NCBI GenBank assembly: GCA_963845535.1
Contig: CAWJSK010000004.1
Coordinates: forward strand, 175,916 to 239,915
Reading direction: 5' to 3'
Source of the DNA: an uncultured Spirochaetota bacterium
GTDB lineage: Bacteria > Spirochaetota > Spirochaetia > SZUA-6 > Fen-1364
DNA: 64,000 nucleotides
This document shows, piece by piece, positions 30,702 to 42,088 of the stretch; the first letter of the stretch is position 1; the number at the start of each line of letters is the position of its first letter. The notes beneath the pieces are model-generated. The model ran no database searches. It was not told the origin of the DNA and was given only the letters and a program-made list of their open reading frames with translations. Both the position numbers and the translations under genes were made by a program.

Positions 30702-31968
30702 TGATCTGTTCCCTGCGCGGTCCCACCGAAATCCACCGGATGGGCGTTCGGATCTTCTCCTCCACGAACAGGACGTAGTCCCGCGCGTTTGCCGGAAGCT
30801 CATCGAAGGAGCGCATGGCGCCGATGTCCGTCTTCCAGCCGGGGAAGACCTCGTACACGGCTTCGGCGCCGTCCAGGAGCCGGGAGACCGGAAACTTCGT
30901 CGTGGTCTCACCTGCAATCCGGTAGCCCGTGCAGACGGGGATTGCATCCCGATACCCCAACACGTCGAGATTCGTGATGGCGGCCTCTGTTGCCCCTTGC
31001 ACCCTGCATCCATAGGAGGTCGCTACGCAGTCGAACCAGCCGACCCTCCGCGGGCGGCCCGTGGTGGCGCCGTACTCCCCGGCGTCCCCGCCTCGCTTGC
31101 GCAGCGCTTCTCCCTCCTCCCCATGCAGCTCGGTGACGAAAGGTCCCGCGCCCACGCAACTGGAGTATGCCTTTGTCACGGCAACCACACGGGAGATCGA
31201 CCAGGGCGGGACGCCCGCTCCCACGGCTGCAAACCCGGCGAGCGGCGAGGAGGAAGTGGGATAGGGATAGATCCCGTGGTCAGGGTCGCGCAGCGTGCCC
31301 AACTGGCCTTCCACAAGCACCGTTTTCCCCGCCTCCACGGCGTCCAGGAGCAGCATGGTTGTGTCGGTGACAAAAGGCGCAAGCCTGTCGCGAAGCTGGA
31401 TGAGCTGGGCAACGGTTTCGTCCACGGACAGGGGGGGCTTTCCGTAGAGCTTCTCAAGAAGAACGTTGCGGGAGACCAGGGCTTTGGCGAGCCTGGCCTT
31501 GACGATAGCCGTATCGAAAAGCTCGTTGACCTGAAGGCCGATCTTCAGGCACTTGTCCGCGTAGAACGGGGCGATCCCCGACTTCGTTGAGCCGAAGCTC
31601 TCCTTGCCCAGGCGCTCCTCCTCCAGCGTGTCGAAGAGGATGTGGTGCGGGAGCAGGACCTGCGCGCGCTCGGAGACGCGCACGTCCGGCCGCGGGACGC
31701 CGCGGCTTTGCAGCGCGTCGAACTCCGCCAGGAGCGCGGGGATATTGACCGCAACGCCCGGTCCCAGGACGTTGATCACGTTCGGGTAGAAGACCCCTGA
31801 GGGAAGCAGGTGGAGGGCGAACTTGCCGAACTCGTTGATGATCGTATGGCCAGCGTTGTTCCCGCCCTGGTAGCGCACGACGAAGCTTGCTTCGCGCGCA
31901 AGGTAGTCAGTGATCTTGCCTTTTCCTTCGTCACCCCAGTTCGCGCCGACAACGGCTGTTACGGGCAT
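30691..31968 (-). CDS. purA: adenylosuccinate synthetase
   Basis: GANWGDEGKGKITD, RYQGGNNAGHT, EYGATTGRPRRVGWFD, SVGP; AAGGAGG SD before ATG 31968. Confidence 0.97.
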   Translation of the reverse strand: MPVTAVVGANWGDEGKGKITDYLAREASFVVRYQGGNNAGHTIINEFGKFALHLLPSGVFYPNVINVLGPGVAVNIPALLAEFDALQSRGVPRPDVRVSERAQVLLPHHILFDTLEEERLGKESFGSTKSGIAPFYADKCLKIGLQVNELFDTAIVKARLAKALVSRNVLLEKLYGKPPLSVDETVAQLIQLRDRLAPFVTDTTMLLLDAVEAGKTVLVEGQLGTLRDPDHGIYPYPTSSSPLAGFAAVGAGVPPWSISRVVAVTKAYSSCVGAGPFVTELHGEEGEALRKRGGDAGEYGATTGRPRRVGWFDCVATSYGCRVQGATEAAITNLDVLGYRDAIPVCTGYRIAGETTTKFPVSRLLDGAEAVYEVFPGWKTDIGAMRSFDELPANARDYVLFVEEKIRTPIRWISVGPRREQIIRR

Positions 31969-32053
31969 TCCTGCCTCCTTGTGTGCTGGCGAGCCATGGT
32001 ACACGATAGCGCGGCGCAGGGAAAGCGCACTGCGTCCGGCGGCTGATCGGCGG

Positions 32054-32938
32054 CTACTGGGCGGTGGATGCGCCGGCGGGTCCGGCCGCCTGGCCCTGGG
32101 GGGCGGGAACTTGCGCCGGCGCAAGGGCTGGTGTCGCGGCGGGCTGGGCCGGCTGCATGGGCTGGGCCGGTTGCCCGGGCTGAGCCGCCTGAGCTGGTTG
32201 GGCCGGCTGGTCTTGCTGGGTCTGCTGCGCGGATTGGGTCGGCTGGGACGGCGGCGAATGCAGCGCATCCAGCGCGGCCTGAAGCTGAGGAAGGAAAATC
32301 GATCCCGGGTAGTCCTTGGCCCCCGAGGTGAGGAAAGCCTCCTGCTGCTTCGGGCTGCTGGACGCGGCGGCAAGCTGGAGGAGCAGAGCTGCCTGCACGT
32401 CGTCAGGGCGGGCGGAGACTCCCTCATTTCGCAAATAGACCTCTTTCAAGCCGCCTTTCTGCGTGGGGTCATTGAAGCTGACGTGGATGAACGGCAGCCC
32501 GGCAGAGTCGGAATGGATGCCGAGCACGGTCATCCGCGGGATGCTCACCGGGCTGGCCGCCGTGTTGCGCGGCACGCTGTAAATGACTGCATCCGAGGTG
32601 GTGACCGCGAGGATGGCGTTCGACACGACGTAGTCTGCCCGGACCCAACCTTCGGTCCCCGTATCCTGACGCACTTTCAGGAGGTCTCTGTCTTTTCCAT
32701 TCAACGCGACATGGCGCGCCTGGCCCAGGAGAACGAGCTTCTCCCCTATCTGGACGCTCCCTTTCCGCGTGAGGGAGGTCCCCGAGATTTCCCAGAGGCT
32801 GACATCAGGGACAAGGCAGAAGCCGCTTTTCGAGTCGGCGACCGCTGCGGCAGGCATCTGGGGAGTCTGGCTTTTCTGACAGGAAAGAAGGAGAAGAGCT
32901 GAGGCGATTGCCGAGGCCAAGAGCAAGGCGCGTCCCAT
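32054..32938 (-). CDS. lipoprotein with SH3-like domain(s) and a Q/P/A-rich tail
   Basis: Lipobox LLSC, GTEGWVRADYV, C-terminal QPA repeats. Confidence 0.7.
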   Translation of the reverse strand: MGRALLLASAIASALLLLSCQKSQTPQMPAAAVADSKSGFCLVPDVSLWEISGTSLTRKGSVQIGEKLVLLGQARHVALNGKDRDLLKVRQDTGTEGWVRADYVVSNAILAVTTSDAVIYSVPRNTAASPVSIPRMTVLGIHSDSAGLPFIHVSFNDPTQKGGLKEVYLRNEGVSARPDDVQAALLLQLAAASSSPKQQEAFLTSGAKDYPGSIFLPQLQAALDALHSPPSQPTQSAQQTQQDQPAQPAQAAQPGQPAQPMQPAQPAATPALAPAQVPAPQGQAAGPAGASTAQ

Positions 32939-33040
32939 GGTCCACCTCCGATGCGCCGAGAGCCTGGGTGGACGCTACCCTTTGCGTCGGCTCGTGTCAA
33001 GGAAGCAGCAGTTCTCAGTAGTTCTCAGTCAAGCAAGGGC

Positions 33041-34096
33041 CTAGTTTGCCCCGGGCTGATTTTCATACGTGAACGTAGGGTCCGTGATGGTAAAAAAGGC
33101 TTTCGTATCCGGCGTTACGGAAACCTTATGGTTGGCGTCCACCATGACAGCTCCAAGGCCAAGCTTGCTGCCGAGCTCGATGCCTTCTTTTTTCCCCATG
33201 CAGAAGAGAGCAAGGCCATAACCGTCAGCATCCATCGAAGAGCTTGTAATGACGGTTACGGATTCCAGGCCGTTGTCCACAGGATAGCCGGTCCTGGTGT
33301 CCATCAGATGGTGGTATCGCTTTCCGTTCTTCATGAAGAAATGCTCATAGACGCCGGAAGTGACGACTGACTTGTCCACCACGTCTGCAATTCCAAGGTA
33401 GACTCCGCGCTCTGCGTCAGGGTTCTGCACCCCGATCCGCCAAGACCCGCTGGTCTGCCCGTGTCCCATGGCGAAAATGTCCCCTCCAAGGTCTATGATT
33501 GCTGACGTGACTCCCCGCGCGTGGAGGATGCGCACGGCTTCATCGGCCGCGTACCCTTTCACGAGCGCGCCAAGGTCAAGCTGCATTCCCGGCCGCCTCA
33601 GGAAGATGGTCTTGGCGTTGCTGTCCAAAACCACATCCCGCCAGTTCACCAGGCGGAGGGCCGACGCTATGTCCGCGGCTTTCGGGATCTCGGGGTGCTC
33701 GTTATTGATCTTCCAAACCGTGATGAGCGGTCCCACCGTTGGATCAAAGAGCCCGTTCGACAGCCGCGCAAGCTGAAGGGCCTTCTGGGTGACCTGAAGC
33801 ACGTCATCCGTGACGGGGACGGGCTGCTTGCCCGCCGCGGCGTCAATGGCGTCGAGCTCCGAGCCTGGCACGCCCACGCTCATCCGCGCGTGGATCTCCG
33901 CGAAACGCGAAAAACATGCGTCGAGGTTCGGCTGTGACGCATGGTCGTACAGCGTGATGGTGCAGGTGGTCCAGAGGATTTCCTCGGTTCGAGAGAGCGG
34001 ACCGCGTTGTTGGCACCCGGCCAAGGAAAGACACACGGCGGCGGTCATCAGGCCGGCTCGAGCGATGGCTGCCATGCGCGGGAAGCGTCTGTTCAC
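33041..34096 (-). CDS. apbE: FAD:protein FMN transferase (ApbE/Ftp) lipoprotein
   Basis: Lipobox LAGC, FDPTVGPL, DLGALVKGYAAD, VTSGVYE, YHHLMD..TGYP. Confidence 0.94.
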   Translation of the reverse strand: MNRRFPRMAAIARAGLMTAAVCLSLAGCQQRGPLSRTEEILWTTCTITLYDHASQPNLDACFSRFAEIHARMSVGVPGSELDAIDAAAGKQPVPVTDDVLQVTQKALQLARLSNGLFDPTVGPLITVWKINNEHPEIPKAADIASALRLVNWRDVVLDSNAKTIFLRRPGMQLDLGALVKGYAADEAVRILHARGVTSAIIDLGGDIFAMGHGQTSGSWRIGVQNPDAERGVYLGIADVVDKSVVTSGVYEHFFMKNGKRYHHLMDTRTGYPVDNGLESVTVITSSSMDADGYGLALFCMGKKEGIELGSKLGLGAVMVDANHKVSVTPDTKAFFTITDPTFTYENQPGAN

Positions 34097-35892
34097 GATA
34101 AAAGCCTTTCTGCGCCGTCTCGAAAAGCAACTGCAGTGGACCGGTAATCAAAACCGACGATGACGCTCAGTCCTCCGTAGAGAGTCTCATGGAGGAATGC
34201 TGTGAGAAGCTTCAGGTACGCTCTTCCGTTGATCCGGGACTGTGCGTCACGCAAGAGAAGGTCCGGAAGCCTCAGGGCATCCGCGACTCCGCCTATCTGC
34301 CTCATGAGCACCTGGTACAGGGCTTGCAGCGTCTTGAGGTACCGGGCCCGGTAGCTTTCGTCTCCTTCGACGAGCGTCCGGATCTGGCGGAAGCGGTCCC
34401 TCACGAGCCTGCCCTTCGGGTTTCGCCGCCGCGGGATCAGCCCTTTGATCAACGCCATCAGCGTCCGTGACTGGTACAGCTTATACAGGGAAAAGTAGAA
34501 GAGAAGCAAGGCTCCGTGGCTGCGCATCAGCGTGCTCTTGGAGGCGGCCTTGTTGGCGGTGACGAGGAATCGACCCACCTCCCTGTCCACCGCCCTGTCC
34601 TGCTGCGTCGGCCCAAGGCCCCCCATTGTCCTGCGGGTTACATCGATCTGTCGGATCCTGTCATCCAGCAGCCCCTCGAGGCGCACAATCTCGCGTCGGA
34701 GCCCGCTTCCCTTGATCCGTTCCAGGAAACCCATGAGGATCCCTCGCTCGGCAGGGGAGAACGTGGCAGTGGCGGCGGCGGGGCTGATCGAGCCCACCCC
34801 GGCCTCCGAGCTTCCAGGATTGGCGCCTGCCCTGGCGCTGGTTGCCGCGCTCGGGCTCGAAGAGTCCACCGCGGCCTCGACGACCTCCCTGAGATATGAG
34901 CCGAACCGTTCCAGGTAGTCTGTCGGCTTTCCGATGACGGGGTGCCGCTGGGCGTAGAGGGTGAGCATTTCACGCACCCCACGCGGGACGTTCAGCCCTT
35001 GGGAGGCGTGAGAGAGAAGCCTGCCATGGACGTGCTCCAGGCTGTCCTTCATGCAGGCGAGGACGTGGAGCACGGGGTTGGGCTCCCCTTGCAGAAGGTC
35101 GAGCGCGGGGTCCTCGGGAATGAAGGCGAAATCCGAAAGGAGCTTCCTTTCCCGGGCGGAGAGCCGTTGGGAGGGTTGCACGAACCGGTTGTAGTTGCCG
35201 GCGACGTCCGTGGGGTTGAAGCCGTCCCGCACCACGGATGAGTATCGGTTGTGCCAGACATTGATGACGGTGCCAGGGTACAGCCTCTGGACCTCTTTCG
35301 CGTACGCTCCGGCGGAAGCGTGAGCCGTGGGCTCGGGGTTTGTCACCAGGACCAGTTTTTTCATGAACGGCAGATATGCCAGGTTGTCCTCGTAGCTCAT
35401 CCCGGCGGGCATGTCGAAAATGAGCAGCTCGTACAATCCGTCCACTTCCATGAGGTGGAGTCGATAGATCTTCTCCAGCATCCCCGCTGCCTCCCCACGG
35501 GCGAGCTTCTGGAACGGGAACAGGATATCGAGGCACTTGAAAACAGGCATCTGGTATTCGGCAATCCCTGCCCTGCCCCGCGTGGTGAGCCTCGATCCTC
35601 CGGTCACGACTTGCTCGGAATCCTGAAGGTCCAGGAGGGCCGCGACGTCGGAAAGGGGGTCCAGGTCCACCAGGCCCACGCGCATGCCTTTGCGGGCGTA
35701 ATAGATGGCGAGGTTGCATGCCGTTATGGTTTTCCCGACGCCGCCCTTCCCGGAGCTCACGGCAATCGACTTGCCCATGACTCGCCGGAGAGCATCACCG
35801 TCAGCCTCCGTCATGATCGAATGGACGAGGTCTTGAAAGGCCCGTGAGCCGTTCTCAGCCCGGTCGATGGTCATGCGTTCCACGGGATGCAT
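34093..35892 (-). CDS. MinD/FlhG-family P-loop ATPase with a long unknown C-terminal region
   Basis: VSSGKGGVGKT, DLD, FDMPAG, VTNPEPTA; exact start uncertain. Confidence 0.75.
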   Translation of the reverse strand: MHPVERMTIDRAENGSRAFQDLVHSIMTEADGDALRRVMGKSIAVSSGKGGVGKTITACNLAIYYARKGMRVGLVDLDPLSDVAALLDLQDSEQVVTGGSRLTTRGRAGIAEYQMPVFKCLDILFPFQKLARGEAAGMLEKIYRLHLMEVDGLYELLIFDMPAGMSYEDNLAYLPFMKKLVLVTNPEPTAHASAGAYAKEVQRLYPGTVINVWHNRYSSVVRDGFNPTDVAGNYNRFVQPSQRLSARERKLLSDFAFIPEDPALDLLQGEPNPVLHVLACMKDSLEHVHGRLLSHASQGLNVPRGVREMLTLYAQRHPVIGKPTDYLERFGSYLREVVEAAVDSSSPSAATSARAGANPGSSEAGVGSISPAAATATFSPAERGILMGFLERIKGSGLRREIVRLEGLLDDRIRQIDVTRRTMGGLGPTQQDRAVDREVGRFLVTANKAASKSTLMRSHGALLLFYFSLYKLYQSRTLMALIKGLIPRRRNPKGRLVRDRFRQIRTLVEGDESYRARYLKTLQALYQVLMRQIGGVADALRLPDLLLRDAQSRINGRAYLKLLTAFLHETLYGGLSVIVGFDYRSTAVAFRDGAERLLS

Positions 35893-35946
35893 GATAGTGT
35901 ATGTTTGGCGATAGGGAAAGGCGACCGTGGAAAGGGGATCCGATCC

Positions 35947-36777
35947 ATGAACGATGCCTGCATAGCTCTTCTCAGCGATTTTGGCTCACGCGATGTATAC
36001 GCCGGAGTGATGAAGGGGGTCATCTCCCGGGAGGCTCCCCGCGCGCGGCTCATCGACCTCACTCACGACGTTCCCCCGGGAGACATACGCCGGGCTGCGT
36101 TTCACCTCTGGCAGGCGTTCCCCTCCATGCCGCGGGGGACGATTTTTCTTGCCGTGGTTGACCCAGGGGTCGGGACCGTCCGCAGGCCCATCGTCATCCG
36201 CGGCAACGGCTTTTTCTGCGTAGGCCCGGATAACGGCATTTTCACGTACATGCTGGAAGGAAGGGGTGCGACAAGCGCCGTTCAGATCGCGAGCCCCGAG
36301 GCGAAAAGCCGCACGTTCCATGGCCGTGACCTCTTCGCTCCCGCGGCAGCCCTTCTTGCCGCAGGAACCGATCCTGACGAGCTGGGGCCGTCAGTCTCCG
36401 ACCTCGTGAGCATACCCTGGCCTCGCCTTTCGAGCCAGGAAGCCGAAGGCCTGATCCACGGTGAAATGTTGTTTGCGGACAGGTTCGGAAACATGGTGAC
36501 GAGCATCGGGGTCCTGGTTTCCGTAAATGCCGCTCTGCGATGGCAGCCGTGGGTCCCCGGCCGCGCGCCGCTGGACGTTCCGACCGCCCGGCTGCGAGTG
36601 GTGCTGGGCAACGGCATGGAGCTCCCCTTGGCGCACACTTTTGCCGAGGTCCTTGCGGGGGCTCCCCTTGCTTATGTTGGAAGCGACGGACTGCTGGAAA
36701 TAGGGATCAACAGGGGTAATGCCTCGGAGTCTCTCAAGCTCGCCCCCGGCATGGAAGTCAGCCTCGACTGGCGATGA
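35947..36777 (+). CDS. SAM hydrolase / SAM-dependent halogenase family protein (DUF62)
   Basis: LLSDFG, DLTH, VVDPGVGT, GPDNG, TFHGRDLFAP, DRFGN, GLLEI. Confidence 0.92.
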   Translation: MNDACIALLSDFGSRDVYAGVMKGVISREAPRARLIDLTHDVPPGDIRRAAFHLWQAFPSMPRGTIFLAVVDPGVGTVRRPIVIRGNGFFCVGPDNGIFTYMLEGRGATSAVQIASPEAKSRTFHGRDLFAPAAALLAAGTDPDELGPSVSDLVSIPWPRLSSQEAEGLIHGEMLFADRFGNMVTSIGVLVSVNAALRWQPWVPGRAPLDVPTARLRVVLGNGMELPLAHTFAEVLAGAPLAYVGSDGLLEIGINRGNASESLKLAPGMEVSLDWR

Positions 36778-36874
36778 GGTGATGTCTCGAGCCAATATTG
36801 CTTTTGATCGAAATCGTCTGATAGCTCTTTGACTGGCCACCGTTCGTTTCAGTAAGTTTACCTAACAGATCGGA

Positions 36875-37885
36875 ATGGTAATGAATCACCACACACGTGT
36901 TTATGACAGCGTCGTCGACATGCTTCCTGATGCGGAAAACCCATCCCCTATGGTGCGGCTGAATCGCCTTGCGTCCGTCGACGGGTTTCCGTTGTATGCC
37001 AAGCTCGAATGGATGAACCCTTTTGGCTCGGTAAAGGACAGGGCCGCATTCGAGATGCTGAGCGACCTCGAGAAGCGAGGGGCTCTCGGGCCTGGCAAGG
37101 GGATTGTGGAGCCGACGTCGGGAAACACCGGCATCAGTCTCGCGGCCCTTGGAGCAGCGCTGGGCCACCCCGTGCGAGCGGTGGTTCCGCAGAGGATCCC
37201 CGATGAGAAAAAGGCGATCCTCAGGATCCTTGGCGCAGAAGTGGACGTGGTGGCCGACGCGTTGTGCCCCATGCCCGGGCAAGATGGAGGCGGCACGATC
37301 AATCTGGCAAAGACGCATGCAAAGGCGCAGCCGGACCGGTACGTCATGCCCAATCAATACGAAAACGAGCAGAATGCAGCGGCGCACTATCGCACTACCG
37401 GGCCTGAGATCTGGCGCCAGACGGAGGGGAAAATCACCCACCTCTTCGTCTCTCTCGGAACCTGCGGGACGGTGACGGGGACGAGCCGCTTCCTCAAGGA
37501 GAAGAACCCGGCCGTGAAAGTCATTGCGGTGCAGCCCTCCGAGGGGCACGACATCCCGGGGCTGCGCAATACGGCGGAGCTGGACGTGAGCGCGCTCTTC
37601 GATCCTTCCTTGATCGATGAAATCGTCGAGATACCGTACCAGTTGGCCTACGCGCGGGTGCTCGACCTGTGCCGCCAGGAGGGCTTGCTGGCAGGTCCCA
37701 GCTCCGGCCTCATCCTCGAAGGCGCGCTTCGCGCCCGCGGCCAGGGCGAGCGCGGCCTTGCGGTCATGATTTTTCCCGACGGACTTTTCAAGTATGTGGA
37801 CCACGTTGCGAAGCACGTCCCGGGCATTGCCGGCGTCGCGGAGCTGGCGGAGGTCGAGATCGTGCGTCCAGCCTTTCGAGGCTGA
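36875..37885 (+). CDS. PLP-dependent cysteine synthase family protein (CysK/CysM-like)
   Basis: AKLEWMNPFGSVKDR, EPTSGNTG, TTGPEI, GTCGT, GPSSG, FPD. Confidence 0.9.
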   Translation: MVMNHHTRVYDSVVDMLPDAENPSPMVRLNRLASVDGFPLYAKLEWMNPFGSVKDRAAFEMLSDLEKRGALGPGKGIVEPTSGNTGISLAALGAALGHPVRAVVPQRIPDEKKAILRILGAEVDVVADALCPMPGQDGGGTINLAKTHAKAQPDRYVMPNQYENEQNAAAHYRTTGPEIWRQTEGKITHLFVSLGTCGTVTGTSRFLKEKNPAVKVIAVQPSEGHDIPGLRNTAELDVSALFDPSLIDEIVEIPYQLAYARVLDLCRQEGLLAGPSSGLILEGALRARGQGERGLAVMIFPDGLFKYVDHVAKHVPGIAGVAELAEVEIVRPAFRG

Positions 37886-37901
37886 AGGAAAGGAGAGTTT
37901 C

Positions 37902-38744
37902 ATGCCATACGCTCATCCCGAGGTTCTCGTAGAGACCGACTGGGTGAAGGACACTATCAGCACGCCGGGGATCAGGCTTGTAGAAGTGGACGTGGACTTG
38001 CAGGCATATGAGGCGGGTCATATCCCTGGCGCGGTCGGCTTCAACTGGCAGAAGGACCTGCAGGACCAGCTCAACCGGGACATCATCAGCCGTCAGGCTT
38101 TCGAAAAGCTCCTGGGCGGGGCCGGGATTTCCCCGAAAGACACCGTGGTGCTCTACGGTGACAACAACAACTGGTTTGCCGCGTACGGCTTCTGGCTTTT
38201 CAAGACTTACGGCCATGAGAATGTGAAGCTCATGAACGGCGGACGCCAGAAGTGGCTGAACGAACAGGACAAGCCGTTCACGACGGACAAGCCCTCATAC
38301 CCGCCGGTGACGTACACCGCCAAGGGCCCGAACGAGGCGCTTCGGGCGCGCCTCGCGGAAGTCATGAAGATGAGCGGAAAGCCCAACCCGAACCTCGTGG
38401 ACGTACGGAGCCCTGACGAGTACACGGGAAAGATCATTGCGCCTCCCGGCATGAGTGAGACCGCTCAGAGGGCCGGGCATATCCCGGGAGCCGCCAGCGT
38501 TCCCTGGAGCAGCGCCGTGGACAAGGACGGCAGGTTCAAGCCCGCGGAGGCGCTCTCGGAGATCTACCTGACAAAGGCCCGGATCGATCCGAAAAGGCCG
38601 GTGGTCTCCTATTGCCGCATCGGGGAGCGCTCGAGCCACACGTGGTTCGTGCTCAAGTACCTTCTGGGGATCGACACGGTGAAAAACTACGACGGTAGCT
38701 GGACTGAATACGGGAACGTGATAGGCGCGCCAATAGAGAGGTAG
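37902..38744 (+). CDS. tandem-domain rhodanese sulfurtransferase (SseA/CysA-like)
   Basis: GHIPGAV, VDVRSPDEYTG, active loop YCRIGERS, YDGSWTEYG; AAGGAG SD. Confidence 0.93.
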   Translation: MPYAHPEVLVETDWVKDTISTPGIRLVEVDVDLQAYEAGHIPGAVGFNWQKDLQDQLNRDIISRQAFEKLLGGAGISPKDTVVLYGDNNNWFAAYGFWLFKTYGHENVKLMNGGRQKWLNEQDKPFTTDKPSYPPVTYTAKGPNEALRARLAEVMKMSGKPNPNLVDVRSPDEYTGKIIAPPGMSETAQRAGHIPGAASVPWSSAVDKDGRFKPAEALSEIYLTKARIDPKRPVVSYCRIGERSSHTWFVLKYLLGIDTVKNYDGSWTEYGNVIGAPIER

Positions 38745-38769
38745 GGCCGCCAGGGAAGAAGGCCCTCAC

Positions 38770-38800
38770 AAAAAAGCCCCGGCGTGTGTCGGGGCTTTTT
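38770..38800. terminator. bidirectional intrinsic terminator
   Basis: AAAAAA-GCCCCGGC-GTGT-GTCGGGGC-TTTTT between convergent genes. Confidence 0.88.
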
Positions 38801-38843
38801 GAGCGTAGTGCCGTGGACCGCCACTTTCCGTGGCGATCCCGCT

Positions 38844-40401
<1,558 letters not shown>

Positions 40402-40445
40402 CTCGATTCGCAGTGTAGCAGTTTGGAATGTTTGGGGCAATAAGG

Positions 40446-41547
40446 CTAGATCAAATCCCCCCATTCCACGCCTTCGCCGGGCGGGATGGCCCTGCGGGCC
40501 ACGGCTCCAACCACGAGGTTCAGGAACTCGGGCCCTAACCCCGGTCGAAGCGTCTTCTCCGTCCTGAGCACCGCCACGTCCCCAGCGCTGATGCGCGCGC
40601 CGCGCGGGATCTGCTTGACCGCGTGGATGGACCGGTTGGTCCGCGTGTAATTGGCTCTCTCGGAAGCCGCAAGCTCTTTCACCCCCGTGCCCATGACGGC
40701 GCGCACGCGGTCCTCTCCGAAGTCCCTTTCCAGCGCGGCGCGCGCGGCCGCGGGGCCTGCCTGCTCCGCCTCCCGCACGCGCTTTACCATCTTTTGGTAC
40801 TGGTCCGGCTCCAGCGCAATGGGATCATCCAGCCCCGCCCCCGCGCGTGAGAGCGTGAAGTGCTTCTCCAGTGCGCACGCGCCGCGTGCCGCGGCCAGCA
40901 CGGGAACCAGGACCGGGTCAAGCGAATGGTCTGAAACGCCGACCTCCACCCCGAAAATCGCCCGCAGTCCAGCAAGGACGAGGAGGTTGTAGTCCGCTTC
41001 CGGAGCGGGATAGGCGGTGACGCAGTGCATGAGGATGATGTTCTGCCTGCCCGTTATGGCGAGCGCCCGCTCGATATCTCCCAGGGTGGACACACCGGTG
41101 GAAAGGAACAGGGGCAGTCCGTATCCGGCGACCTCTTCAAGGAGCGCAAAATGGTTGAGCTCAGGGGATGCAATCTTGAGCGCCTTGGCCCCTATGGACT
41201 TGAGCTCCCGCGCGCTTCGCAGGCCGAATGGCGAGCAGAGAAACAGGACGCCCCGTGATTCGGTGTAGCTTTTGAGGTCCTCGTAGAACCCCACCGCTTT
41301 TTCCAGGGACCGAAACTGCTCGTACAGGGCCACCTTTCCCGTGGGAAGGTCCACAATGCCCGACAAGGGATGGAGGATCTCATCCGCATGAACGAGCTGG
41401 AACTTGATGCAGTCCGCCCCGCTTTCCGCCGCCGCGTCCACAAGCTCGCGCGCTCGCGCCCTGTCCCCCTGGTGGGAGGTGCCCAGCTCAGCGATGAGCA
41501 GGCAGGGGGCCCCGGCACCGACTGATCTGCCCGGCGAGCGTCATCAT
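40446..41547 (-). CDS. NeuB/SpsE-family nonulosonate synthase, frameshift near 41531
   Basis: IAELGTSHQG..GADCIKFQ, KIASPE, STG, HCVTAYP, SDHS, EKHFT, C-terminal SAF domain; the ATG at 41547 is one base out of frame. Confidence 0.88.
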
Positions 41548-41548
41548 C

Positions 41549-42088
41549 TCATCTCCCCCGATCCGCGTCCTTGTAGACCCGGCTGCCCACGGTGCCTCGC
41601 TGGCCTTGATACTTGCCCGCGTAGGGGGTGCGGGTGGCCTTGTCCATGAAGGCGAAGACGATCTGGCAGATGCGGCGGCCGCTTGCAAGCCGGATGGGGA
41701 GCCGGTTGGCGTTGAACAGCTCGAGGGTGATGTTGCCTTCGAAGCCCGGGTCCACCCAGCCGGCGTTCTGGATGAAAAGCCCGATACGGCCGATGGAGCT
41801 CCTCCCCTCCACGAAGGCAGTGATGTTCGACGGAAGCTTTATGAACTCTACCGTGGTAGCCAGAAGGAAGGAATGGGGGGCAATGACGATCTCCTCTTTC
41901 TCCAGGGCGACATAGGGAAGCTCGCTGTCCATGCCCAGGACATCAAGGGAGTTCTCATCGATCTTCAGGAAGTGGCGCCCCAGGCGCAGGTCAATGGAGG
42001 CGGGTTGGATCTGGTATGGCTCCAGCGGCTCAACGACGATGCTCTTCTCTGCCATCATGGCGCGAAGGGTGTCATCAGAGACTATCAA
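41549..42088 (-). CDS. dcd: dCTP deaminase
   Basis: QIQPASIDLRLG, EGRSSIGRIGL, AGWVDPGFEGNITLEL, KYQGQ. Confidence 0.96.
   Translation of the reverse strand: MIVSDDTLRAMMAEKSIVVEPLEPYQIQPASIDLRLGRHFLKIDENSLDVLGMDSELPYVALEKEEIVIAPHSFLLATTVEFIKLPSNITAFVEGRSSIGRIGLFIQNAGWVDPGFEGNITLELFNANRLPIRLASGRRICQIVFAFMDKATRTPYAGKYQGQRGTVGSRVYKDADRGR

Noticed and set aside
29055..31013. 652-aa minus-strand ORF
   Set aside because: Antisense shadow of the DUF432-like and mscS genes, expected from high-GC codon bias
32054..32100. ApbE flavinylation motif at the lipoprotein C-terminus (PAGAST)
   Set aside because: Lacks the Dxx[ST]GA[ST] consensus and lies in a low-complexity tail
30691..32427. N-terminally extended ORF calls for purA, hpf, nrdG, parA, gatC and the response regulator
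   Set aside because: The extensions overlap neighbouring genes or promoters; starts were reset using SD sites and family N-termini
33009..33030. 10-bp tandem AGTTCTCAGT x2, and imperfect CCAGCTAC repeats at 14160-14260
   Set aside because: Too short and too few copies to interpret
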